From: Paracoccus sp. (in: a-proteobacteria) | Lineage (GTDB): Bacteria > Pseudomonadota > Alphaproteobacteria > Rhodobacterales > Rhodobacteraceae | Length of the DNA: 64,000 nucleotides | NCBI GenBank assembly: GCA_047971845.1 | Contig: JBKEAB010000169.1 | Span: forward strand, 1,385 to 65,384 | Reading direction: 5' to 3' | Notes under the pieces: model-generated | The model's database searches: none | Told to the model about the DNA's origin: nothing | What the model saw: only the letters and a program-made list of their open reading frames with translations | Position numbers and translations under genes: made by a program | Shown: piece after piece, positions 1 to 8,813 of the stretch | Layout: each line of letters starts with the position of its first letter | How positions within the stretch are numbered: position 1 is the stretch's first letter

Positions 1-14
1 AATGCCCGTCCAGA

Positions 15-1049
15 CTATCCTTCACCCTCCATCCGCTTCACGCGCCGATCCATGACCCGCCGCCAAAGGGGGGGCATCATGGCAATGGCCCCCATGACCG
101 GCAAGGAATAGGGCAGCATCGGACGCGGATTCTCGGGGTTCAGACGCAAGGCCGGATAAATACGTGCCGGATGGGCATGGTGATCAGAATGGCGTGGAGC
201 GTTGACCATCGCCAGCGAAGACAATGGATGCGGTGCATCCCAGCTATGACGCAAACCGACAGGTTCCGGACGGCCATTCTGCATTTTCCGGCGCAACCCA
301 TAGTGCTGGACATAATCCGACAGCATCAGCTGCATCTGTGCATAAAGGCAGATAGCAACGTAATCAACCATTACCCGTATGCCAAAGGCCAGCCCAACAG
401 CGCAAATACATACCACTGCCCCGCCAACCCATATCATATATGGATTTTGCCGACCGGAACGCTCAGCCCGCTGACGCTCTGCAACCAGCCCGGCATTGAA
501 GGATCCGAACCATGCACGCGGAAAGAAATGCCAGAAACTCTCTCCGAACCGGGCCGAATTCGGATCAGAATCCGTCGCAACATAGACATGATGGATCAGC
601 CGGTGTGCACTGACATGGTGACCGAACAGCATACTGACATAAACCGCCGACCCCAACCGGAACAGACCCCGGCCAGAGCGGTGTATCAGCTCATGCGCAT
701 TCGAATTTGAAACCTGCCCGAAGAACATTCCCACACCAATAAACAATGCGATCCGTTCGCCCGTGCCCAGCCAGTCACCAGCAAGCCCCCAGAGCATCAC
801 TCCCATCAGAATGAAATGCGCCAATGCCAGCAGGACCGATACCATATCCGCCGCCGGAAATGCTGTCCCTTCGCCGGCATCCCCAAAACCGCGTGCAATG
901 ATCGTATCGGCTGCCGGGCTTGCGGCAGCCATCCACAAAAATCCGGCCCAGACAGGCCAGCCGCCAGTTCCGGCACCCCATATCAGCAAGACCGCCGGAA
1001 TAAGCGCGACGATAGCAAAACCCGCCGCCGGTGGGACACGTCGCGACAT
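15..1049 (-). CDS. alkB: AlkB-like alkane 1-monooxygenase / membrane di-iron desaturase-family protein
   Basis: Hydrophobic N-terminal helices; His boxes AHELIHR, HRLIHH, RHSDHH and an HYG motif (DYVQHYGL). The ATG at 1049 overlaps the ftsY stop codon. Confidence 0.8.
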   Translation of the reverse strand: MSRRVPPAAGFAIVALIPAVLLIWGAGTGGWPVWAGFLWMAAASPAADTIIARGFGDAGEGTAFPAADMVSVLLALAHFILMGVMLWGLAGDWLGTGERIALFIGVGMFFGQVSNSNAHELIHRSGRGLFRLGSAVYVSMLFGHHVSAHRLIHHVYVATDSDPNSARFGESFWHFFPRAWFGSFNAGLVAERQRAERSGRQNPYMIWVGGAVVCICAVGLAFGIRVMVDYVAICLYAQMQLMLSDYVQHYGLRRKMQNGRPEPVGLRHSWDAPHPLSSLAMVNAPRHSDHHAHPARIYPALRLNPENPRPMLPYSLPVMGAIAMMPPLWRRVMDRRVKRMEGEG

Positions 1050-2224
1050 CACAAGCCCACAAGTGCGCGGGCAAAATCCTGCGGTTCAAAGGCATCCAGA
1101 TCGTCGATCTGCTCACCCACGCCAATGGCATGGATGGGCAGGCCAAACCTGTCTGCAAGCGCAACCAGAACACCACCCCGTGCTGTGCCGTCCAGTTTGG
1201 TCATTACCAGCCCGGACACATCAGCAAGCTTGCTGAAGGTCTCTACCTGGGACAAGGCATTCTGCCCGGTCGTTGCATCCAGTACCAGCAACGTATTATG
1301 TGGCGCGGTTTCATCCTTCTTGCGGATGACACGCACGATCTTGGCCAGCTCCTCCATCAGATCCGCACGGTTTTGCAGGCGGCCTGCGGTATCAATCATC
1401 AGAAGATCGGCACCTTCGGCCTCGGCACGGGTCATGGCATCGAAAGCAAGGCTTGCAGGATCCGCACCTTCCGGAGCCGTCATAACCGGCACCCCTGCCC
1501 GTTGCCCCCAGACCTGAAGCTGTTCAACTGCGGCTGCCCGGAATGTATCGCCTGCCGCGATCACGACATTCTTGCCTGCTGCCTTGAACTGACTGGCCAG
1601 CTTGCCGATGGTTGTGGTTTTGCCCGAACCATTCACACCGACAACCAGCACCACCTGCGGCTTCCTGGGATAAAGCGGCAGGGGCTGTGCGACCGACGTC
1701 ATAATCCGGGTAATCTCATCTGCCAGGAGAGTCTTGAGTTCGGTTGACGAAACCCGCTTCCCCATACGCCCTTCGGCAATATTAGCCGTGACACGCAGGG
1801 CCGTATCAACCCCCATATCGGCGGCGACAAGGGTGTCTTCCAGCTCTTCGAGCATTTCATCGTCAAGTTCACGCCGCGGTTCAGCCGGGTCCCCCGCCCC
1901 GCCTCCTCCCAAAAGGCGCCCCATCAGACCAGGCTTCCCTGCTGATGCCGATACCGAAACAGATGCAGAACCGGATAATGACCCTGATTGATCCGATTGC
2001 GGGTTTACCGTGACAGGTTGCGGATTATCGGGACTGGAATCCGGATTTTTCCGCAAGACAGGTTTCGGATCATATTCATGCTTCGGGGCCGGTTCTGGCC
2101 CGGCAACGGTTTCAGACGCTATATCCGGTTCAGGTGAACCGTCACCGACCAGATTATCCAGCCCCTGCCCGATCTTCGAAGATGATTTGGTCAGCCGCTC
2201 GCGCAGCTTGGAAAAGAAGGACAT
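1049..2224 (-). CDS. ftsY: Signal recognition particle receptor FtsY
   Basis: GVNGSGKTTT, DTFRAAA, DTAGR and TKLDGTARGG SRP-GTPase motifs; MSFFSKL N-terminus. Confidence 0.97.
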   Translation of the reverse strand: MSFFSKLRERLTKSSSKIGQGLDNLVGDGSPEPDIASETVAGPEPAPKHEYDPKPVLRKNPDSSPDNPQPVTVNPQSDQSGSLSGSASVSVSASAGKPGLMGRLLGGGGAGDPAEPRRELDDEMLEELEDTLVAADMGVDTALRVTANIAEGRMGKRVSSTELKTLLADEITRIMTSVAQPLPLYPRKPQVVLVVGVNGSGKTTTIGKLASQFKAAGKNVVIAAGDTFRAAAVEQLQVWGQRAGVPVMTAPEGADPASLAFDAMTRAEAEGADLLMIDTAGRLQNRADLMEELAKIVRVIRKKDETAPHNTLLVLDATTGQNALSQVETFSKLADVSGLVMTKLDGTARGGVLVALADRFGLPIHAIGVGEQIDDLDAFEPQDFARALVGL

Positions 2225-2297
2225 TGGCCAACCCCTGACAATTCAACCCGAAACTTAAGACCCTGAAGCGTGAAGGGAAAGCCCCTCAGCAGACAGA

Positions 2298-2768
2298 TCA
2301 GCCTTCGACAATATGTGCCAGTTGTTCAGCCACGGCAGACCAGCCTTCGTGAAAGCCCATCTGTTCGTGCCTGTCGCAATCCCCGGCATCCTTGTGCAGG
2401 ACCCTGGCGCGGTATCGTGTGCCCCCGTCTTCGGGATCAAACGTGATAATGGCAGTCATGAAACCGGCCCCAAGGGGACGGAAGCCCTGATCAAGCGCAT
2501 CTGTAAAGACCAGCTTGTGGTTCTTTTCAACCTCCAGAATACAGCCGGGGTCCGACATTTCGGTCCCATCAGGCAGCACCATCTTCACCCGGAAAATCCC
2601 ACCCGGCCGGGCCTCGATAACCGCTTCGGGGACCTGGACCGGATCTGGGGCAAACCATTTGACCAGAATTGCAGGATCGGTCCAGGCCGCCCACAGTTTG
2701 TCCGGAGAAGCCGCGTAATGGCGGGTCAGGTACAGGTCAATGCCTTCCCGATGTGTTTCAGCTGTCAT
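2298..2768 (-). CDS. SRPBCC (AHSA1-like) domain protein
   Basis: LWAAWTDP..L.KWF and MGFHEGW pattern typical of the SRPBCC/AHSA1 family. Confidence 0.85.
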   Translation of the reverse strand: MTAETHREGIDLYLTRHYAASPDKLWAAWTDPAILVKWFAPDPVQVPEAVIEARPGGIFRVKMVLPDGTEMSDPGCILEVEKNHKLVFTDALDQGFRPLGAGFMTAIITFDPEDGGTRYRARVLHKDAGDCDRHEQMGFHEGWSAVAEQLAHIVEG

Positions 2769-2769
2769 A

Positions 2770-3006
2770 TCAGAATGCCTTGAATGTCATTGTTGTCAGT
2801 GTGCGGACGATACCATCAATCCCAAACAGTTTTTTATTCAGCCAGTGACCGGTATCCTCATCTTCAGGAATATAGACCTTCGCCATCAGATCATATTCGC
2901 CTGAAGTCGAATAAAGCTCGGACACGATTTCCCGGTTATAGATGGCATCGGCAACGGTATAGGTCTTACCAGGGGCACAACGGAACTGCACGAAAACAGG
3001 GCGCAT
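2770..3006 (-). CDS. Lrp/AsnC ligand-binding-domain small protein
   Basis: MRPVFVQFRC...ELYSTSGEYDLMAK...GIVRTLT is a stand-alone AsnC C-terminal domain. Start trimmed to the ATG at 3006. Confidence 0.8.
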   Translation of the reverse strand: MRPVFVQFRCAPGKTYTVADAIYNREIVSELYSTSGEYDLMAKVYIPEDEDTGHWLNKKLFGIDGIVRTLTTMTFKAF

Positions 3007-3037
3007 GGGCAGCCTTTCGATAATTGCTCCGGCAAGA

Positions 3038-4414
3038 CTAGCCTGCTGTCGATGCCCGGGTCCAGTCCCCATGCCCAAGCCCGGCATAGAAACGGCACAA
3101 CATCAGGATCGCCGCAACCGTCAGCCCGATCAGCAATCCGGCCCAAAGACCGGCCGGCCCCATCCCCAGCAAAAAGGCCAGCACATATCCCGCCGGCAGG
3201 CCAATCAGCCAATAACTGATCCCGGCCAGCCACATCGGCACGCGGGTATCCTGTACGCCACGTAACAGGCCAAGCCCCTGCACCTGCAACGCATCGACCA
3301 ACTGAAAGGCCGCCGCCCAGAACATCAGCCCGACGGCAATTTCCAGGATTTCCGATGCGGCAGGATCGGCAGGATCAAGGTATAGCGACACCAGCGGCTC
3401 CGGCAACAGAATGAACAGGAGACTGGTCAGCAGGCCAAAACCGGCAGCAAGCCAGATGACCGTTGCTGCGGCATCCCGCATCATACCCGGATCACCACGT
3501 CCCTGCGCCTGTCCGGCACGGATTGTCCCCGCATTGGAGATCCCGAGCTGGAACATGAAAGTAATCGAGGCAATCTGCAGAGCAATCCCATGCGCTGCCA
3601 AGGCACGGGTGCCGAACCAGCCCATCATGATATTGCTGCCGACAAACATGCCGATTTCAGCCACCAGTGTCAGTCCGACCGGCAGGCCCAGACGGAAGAC
3701 GGCGCGAAATGCCGGCCAGTCCGGCCGCCAGAAGCGCTGTAAAAGCGCAATCGGACGGGTCTGTGGCAACCACAGCGCATAGGTCAGGATGGCCAGCAGC
3801 GTCGCATATTGTGTCACGATCGAGGCAATCGCCGCCCCGCGCACACCAAGAGCGGGGACACCAAGATGGCCAAAGATGAAGACCCAGTTCAACAGGATAT
3901 TCAGGGGCAACCCGACCACTGTCAGCCACAGAACAACCTGCGTCCGCTCCATCGAAGCAAGATAGGAATTAAGCGTCATCGCCCACAGAGTTGCCACCGC
4001 TCCCCAACCAGCTATACGCAGATAGTCCTGCGAAAGCTGGGCAACGACCTCTTCCTGCCCAAGGGAAAGCAGGATCGGCCTGGAGAACCACAGGACAGGC
4101 ATGATCACGACCGCATGGATTGTCGACAACCACAGCGCCATACGTGTCGCACGACGCATCTCGGTCATGTCGCCACGGGCGTTCGCCCCCGCCAGCAATC
4201 CCAGCACACCAATTCCGTAGCCCGCCCCCATCATCATCAGGATGAACAGAAGGGACGTAGCCAGAACCAGAGCGGCAAGCGCATCCACCCCGTACCATCC
4301 AACCATGACAGTATCGCTGACGCCTATAGCCATACGAGCCAGATGGCCACCGACGAGCGGCAGTCCCAGCGACAGGGTCGCGATCAGATGCGGGCGATAG
4401 CGTACAAGATCCAT
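3038..4414 (-). CDS. MATE-family multidrug efflux transporter (NorM-like)
   Basis: About 12 TM segments; DTVMVG, LGVRGAAIAS and LRGVQDT motifs. Confidence 0.9.
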   Translation of the reverse strand: MDLVRYRPHLIATLSLGLPLVGGHLARMAIGVSDTVMVGWYGVDALAALVLATSLLFILMMMGAGYGIGVLGLLAGANARGDMTEMRRATRMALWLSTIHAVVIMPVLWFSRPILLSLGQEEVVAQLSQDYLRIAGWGAVATLWAMTLNSYLASMERTQVVLWLTVVGLPLNILLNWVFIFGHLGVPALGVRGAAIASIVTQYATLLAILTYALWLPQTRPIALLQRFWRPDWPAFRAVFRLGLPVGLTLVAEIGMFVGSNIMMGWFGTRALAAHGIALQIASITFMFQLGISNAGTIRAGQAQGRGDPGMMRDAAATVIWLAAGFGLLTSLLFILLPEPLVSLYLDPADPAASEILEIAVGLMFWAAAFQLVDALQVQGLGLLRGVQDTRVPMWLAGISYWLIGLPAGYVLAFLLGMGPAGLWAGLLIGLTVAAILMLCRFYAGLGHGDWTRASTAG

Positions 4415-4453
4415 CAGTCGCGATTATCCATTGCCCGGAGCAGAGGCAAGAGC

Positions 4454-5113
4454 TCAGATCATGGCAGCGAACAGATCAGCGGCAGCCGCAGCCAGACGCC
4501 GGTCGGTTTCATCCTCTGTTCCGGTTACAGCAGGGCGAAAGCGCAGGCGAAATGCAGCCAGACGGGTTTCCGGATCCGTTTCAGGATAGCCGATACGGGT
4601 CAGGCTTTCCGATAGCGGGCGATCATCCCCTATCATATCGGGAAGGATCGCCAGCCCCTGCCGTGCCAGCCGTGCCCAGTCAAATCGCGGGCCCGGGTCA
4701 ATCTTGCGTCCGGGTGCCATGTCGGAATGACCAATCACACCTTCCGGCCCGATGGACCAGCGAACCATGATCTGGCCCAGCAAGCGTTCCAGAGCATCCA
4801 TCTGCGCAGCCACAAAGGGACGATCACCGGGATTGGCCAGCTCAATCCCGATGGATCGGGAGTTGACATCATCCTGCCCGCGCCAGCTGCCAGCCCCGGC
4901 ATGCCATGCCCGGCAATTTTCGGGGACAAGTGCCTCGACCGTGCCATCCTCATCAATCAGCCAATGGGCACTGACCTCTGCCGCAGGATCACAAAGCCGT
5001 ACCCGGGCCGAAGCGCAATCTGCCATACCAGTATAATGAATCACGATCAGCGATGGCTGCGCATCACCCCGCCTTTCGCCATAATTGGGGCTGGAAGCGC
5101 CATCCCTGTTCAC
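4454..5113 (-). CDS. N-acetylmuramoyl-L-alanine amidase (Amidase_2, AmpD/AmiD-like)
   Basis: IVIHYT, VSAHWLI, RAWHAG, NSRSIGIEL and GHSD.APGRK.DPG motifs. Confidence 0.93.
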   Translation of the reverse strand: MNRDGASSPNYGERRGDAQPSLIVIHYTGMADCASARVRLCDPAAEVSAHWLIDEDGTVEALVPENCRAWHAGAGSWRGQDDVNSRSIGIELANPGDRPFVAAQMDALERLLGQIMVRWSIGPEGVIGHSDMAPGRKIDPGPRFDWARLARQGLAILPDMIGDDRPLSESLTRIGYPETDPETRLAAFRLRFRPAVTGTEDETDRRLAAAAADLFAAMI

Positions 5114-5521
5114 ACTGCTGATCCTGATTCGATCTCGGCGCTACCTCCATCCAGCAATCGCCAGCCTTCCGGCCCGACATGGCGTGCTCGGCGCAGGTCA
5201 GGGAAATTGGCTGTGTCCCGGGATGTGTTCACACCGATAACCAGATACCGGAACGGCGCATGGCTATAGTTTTTATCCACATAGGTATTGCTGATCCCGG
5301 CAGGCCATATTGCACCGTCTCCGGGTCGGGATACATGAGTGCCGTCAATACCAATCACGGTGAAGAGATCTCTGCCAACACAAAACATGTCTTCACTGCC
5401 AGAGTACCAGTGCCGGCCCGCAAAACGCAGATTTACACGAGGTACCGTCATGCCACATCGCAAGCCAAATATTCAACGTGGCACGGCCAGAGCGGGGAGT
5501 TCCCATGTTCAACCCTGGCAT
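5110..5521 (-). pseudogene. Degenerate cupin-domain gene (probable pseudogene)
   Basis: The 5110-5463 frame reads RHWYSGSEDM...RPGDGAIWPAGISN...APFRYLVIG...FPD, a cupin pattern with the expected His ligands lost. The GGAGG-preceded ATG at 5521 is in a different frame and stops at 5393. Confidence 0.5.
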
Positions 5522-5536
5522 TGCCTCCGTACAGAA

Positions 5537-6169
5537 TCATAACCTGTCGGTACGATAACGGGTCGGATCCCAGCCGCAGACATAACCGTCTCCATCTGCG
5601 TCCATGCCCATCGGGTCCTGTTCAGGTCCACCAGACGAAAGGAACATTAACTGTGCCGCATCGGCATTGGGATAACGTGCACAGGATCTTGCAGTCTCGG
5701 CACCCGGATTGTCAGTACGCGCAAAAGTCCGCGTACCCGGAGCCTGACGCTGCGCCTGTGCATAACGGGCCAATGCATCCGTCTCGACCGTTGGTCGTGC
5801 GACTGTTGTCGCGGGTGCAGAGGTCCGGGTAACCGGTACCGGATTGGACGGCAGGGCCTTTCCCGTATCGGGGTCATAATACCCACCCTTACCGCCAGCA
5901 GCAGCCTGACCAGACAAATTCCCTGCCGGGCCGGCAGATCCGGTTCCGGCAAGGTCTGCGGCCGTCGGGGTAATATAGGGACGCGCCTTCGGAACCACAT
6001 GCGGAATGGAGGCTTTACCGGTCAGACCGGATTCACGGACCACCCGGTATTCGTCATAAGCCTTGTTATTCACCAACCGCATCCGCGGATCAGAGATTCT
6101 GCCATCACCATTGCCGCAGGCTGCAAGCCCGAAGATCCCCAACGCAGTTAATAAAATTGTTTTCATCAT
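5537..6169 (-). CDS. Lipoprotein with C-terminal Excalibur-like Ca-binding domain
   Basis: Lipobox GLAAC; C-terminal SCARY...GGP..DP.GMDADGDGYVC motif. Confidence 0.75.
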   Translation of the reverse strand: MMKTILLTALGIFGLAACGNGDGRISDPRMRLVNNKAYDEYRVVRESGLTGKASIPHVVPKARPYITPTAADLAGTGSAGPAGNLSGQAAAGGKGGYYDPDTGKALPSNPVPVTRTSAPATTVARPTVETDALARYAQAQRQAPGTRTFARTDNPGAETARSCARYPNADAAQLMFLSSGGPEQDPMGMDADGDGYVCGWDPTRYRTDRL

Positions 6170-6186
6170 GCGCCTCCTTCAGGCAG

Positions 6187-7668
6187 TTACCACCAGCATT
6201 CCGGCTTAGCCGAAAAACCGGCAGCACGTTCCAATACATAAGCGTGATTAAGAAGATCACCTTCTCCAAAGGGACGACCGATCAACTGCAGTCCCAGAGG
6301 TAGACCCTGTGCATCCAGGCCGACGGGAACTGAAATTCCCGGCAAGCCGGCCAAATTCACCGTCACCGTAAAGACATCGTTCAGATACATCTCCACCGGA
6401 TCCTTGCTTTCCATATCTCCCAACCCGAAAGCTGCTGAAGGCGTAGTCGGAGTCAGAACCGCATCGACACCTGCCGCATAGACCTGATCAAAATCACGCT
6501 TGATCAATGCACGGACCTTGCGGGCACGATTATAATAAGCGTCATAAAATCCCGCTGACAGCACATAAGTGCCAATCATTACGCGACGTTGTACTTCAGG
6601 GCCAAAACCCTCGGCGCGGGTTTTTTCATACATCTCAACGATGCCATCGCCCTGCCCCAGCTTTGCCCGGCGGCCATACCGTACGCCATCATAACGGGCA
6701 AGATTTGAAGATGCCTCTGCCGGTGCGATGACATAATAGGCAGGCAATGCATATTTCGTATGCGGCAGGGAGATATCGACAATCTCGGCACCCGCATCAC
6801 GCAGCATATCGATGCCTTTCTGCCAGAGAACGTCGATCTCCGCAGGCATGCCATCCATCCGGTATTCACGTGGAATACCGATCTTTCTGCCACGGATATC
6901 CCCGGTCAGGGCTGCCTCGAAATCCGGAACGGGGATATCGGCAGACGTTGAATCCTTCGGATCGACCGAAGCCATGGCCCCCAGCATGATTGCCGCATCA
7001 CGAACAGATTTGGTCATTGGCCCTGCCTGATCGAGGCTGGATGCAAAAGCAATCGTTCCCCAACGCGAGACACGGCCATAGGTGGGTTTGAGTCCCACCG
7101 TACCGGTAAACGCCGCTGGCTGACGGATAGAACCGCCAGTATCAGTACCTGTTGCAGCCAGACACAGATCGGCAGCTACAGCAGCAGACGACCCACCAGA
7201 GGAACCACCCGGTGTCAGTTTCCTGTCATCCGCCCGCCATGGGTTGACCGCTTTGCCATAGATGCTGGTTTCATTGCTTGATCCCATGGCAAATTCGTCC
7301 ATGTTCAGCTTGCCCAGCATGACCGCTCCCGCATCCCAGAGATTCTGGGTCACGGTTGATTCATATTCCGGCCGGAAACCGTCAAGGATACGGCTTGCCG
7401 CCTGAGTCGCAATCCCGCGTGTACAGAATAGATCCTTGATCCCCAGCGGGATGCCCGTCATTCCCGCACCATCACCAGCCTTGATGCGATGGTCTGCGGC
7501 CCTGGCCATTTCACGGGCCAGCTCCGGTGTATTATAGACATAGACGTTCAATGCACCTGCACCCTCAATGGCATTCAGACATGCATCAGTCAGTTCCACC
7601 GAAGACAGCTTGCCGGCACGCATTGCATCGCGGGCTTCGGCAATCGTCAATGTGTTCAGATCACTCAT
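6187..7668 (-). CDS. gatA: Asp/Glu-tRNA amidotransferase subunit A
   Basis: Amidase signature [27 protein letters not shown]; adjacent to gatC. Confidence 0.97.
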   Translation of the reverse strand: MSDLNTLTIAEARDAMRAGKLSSVELTDACLNAIEGAGALNVYVYNTPELAREMARAADHRIKAGDGAGMTGIPLGIKDLFCTRGIATQAASRILDGFRPEYESTVTQNLWDAGAVMLGKLNMDEFAMGSSNETSIYGKAVNPWRADDRKLTPGGSSGGSSAAVAADLCLAATGTDTGGSIRQPAAFTGTVGLKPTYGRVSRWGTIAFASSLDQAGPMTKSVRDAAIMLGAMASVDPKDSTSADIPVPDFEAALTGDIRGRKIGIPREYRMDGMPAEIDVLWQKGIDMLRDAGAEIVDISLPHTKYALPAYYVIAPAEASSNLARYDGVRYGRRAKLGQGDGIVEMYEKTRAEGFGPEVQRRVMIGTYVLSAGFYDAYYNRARKVRALIKRDFDQVYAAGVDAVLTPTTPSAAFGLGDMESKDPVEMYLNDVFTVTVNLAGLPGISVPVGLDAQGLPLGLQLIGRPFGEGDLLNHAYVLERAAGFSAKPECWW

Positions 7669-7952
7669 TCCACCACCTTCGGCACAGCAAAGAACCCTTC
7701 ACGGGCATCAGGCGCATTGGCCATGATTTTTTCCGGCTGCCCGCCATCGGTCACAATATCCTCACGCCGCTTAAGACGCATGGGCGTGACACCCGTCATC
7801 GGTTCGATGCCGTCAACATCGGCCTCGTTCAACTGCTCCATGAAGTGCAGGATACTGTTCAGCTCTGCCGCGAGTGCGGGAAGATGCAATTCATCGACCG
7901 CAATCCGGGCCAGGTGCGCAACCTTGCGTGCCTCATTTTCCGTGATGGACAT
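7665..7952 (-). CDS. gatC: Asp/Glu-tRNA amidotransferase subunit C
   Basis: MSI...KVAHLARI...NAP...[12 protein letters not shown] at 7952 preceded by AGGAG. Confidence 0.96.
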   Translation of the reverse strand: MSITENEARKVAHLARIAVDELHLPALAAELNSILHFMEQLNEADVDGIEPMTGVTPMRLKRREDIVTDGGQPEKIMANAPDAREGFFAVPKVVE

Positions 7953-8017
7953 GCCAACTCCTTTAACTTGCCCCGGGTTTAGCCGCACCCGCCAGATGCT
8001 GCAAGCGCACCTGAAGG

Positions 8018-8706
8018 TCAGACCGTAAAGGGCTGCATGATTTCCGGCTCGATCAGCTTCACGTCAAGCGCCTTCAGCGGTGTCAGGTCGGGTTCCAGAA
8101 CAGGAAAGGTCTTGTAATGCGAACAGATGATTGCCCTGAAGCTGAACCAACGCTTCGCCGCATAAGCAGCACGTGCCGGATCCATCGTAAAATGCCCGCC
8201 AACCGAAAGGATTCCGATTTCGGGTTTATGCAGATCGCCCATCCATTCCATATAGGCCATGATATCTGTATCACCTGAATGATATATGGTCCTGCCTTCG
8301 CCCACGATTATGTAACCGGCCTCATGGCCTGCATATACCGGTGAGCCATCTGCCGCCACAAAGGACGAGGAATGTACGGCATTGACCATCGTAATCTTAG
8401 CACCACCCAGATCAACGGTCCCGCCCTTATTGAAACCAATGGTTTCAAGCCCGTGCTTTCCTTCCCAGAACTGCATCAGGTCATAGATTCCGACCACGGG
8501 AATTCTCAGCTCCCCGGCCAGGTCAATCACTTCTGACGTATGATCAAAGTGACCGTGCGTCACCAGAATATGCGTCGCACCATCCAAGGCTGTCATGCGG
8601 TACTCTGCGGGAAAAACAGGATTGGTCTCCAGCATGGATCAATCAGGATAACCGCATTTTCAATTTCTAACCTCCAGCTTGCATGACCCAGCTATATCAA
8701 CTGCAT
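8018..8706 (-). pseudogene. UPF0173-type metallo-beta-lactamase-fold hydrolase, disrupted
   Basis: From the ATG at 8706 it reads MQLI*LGHASWRLEIENAVILIDP, with TAG at 8692-8694 where the family has Trp. A 1-bp shift near 8635 then leads into LETNP...THGHFDH...HSGDT. Confidence 0.85.
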
Positions 8707-8756
8707 CTCTTTCTCCTCATATCAGATCACATTTCCAAAAACGTCAGGTCACTATA

Positions 8757-8779
8757 CAGCCGATACCATAGCTCGGCTG
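8757..8779 (-). terminator. Possible stem-loop downstream of maeB
   Basis: CAGCCGA-N9-TCGGCTG inverted repeat; no strong U-tract. Confidence 0.3.
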
Positions 8780-8813
8780 ATAATGTGGTATATTCTGGCC
8801 CTGATCGAGGACA

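Noticed and set aside
1930..2140. Low-complexity Ser/Pro-rich segment in ftsY
   Set aside because: This is the normal variable N-terminal linker of FtsY, not a DNA repeat array.
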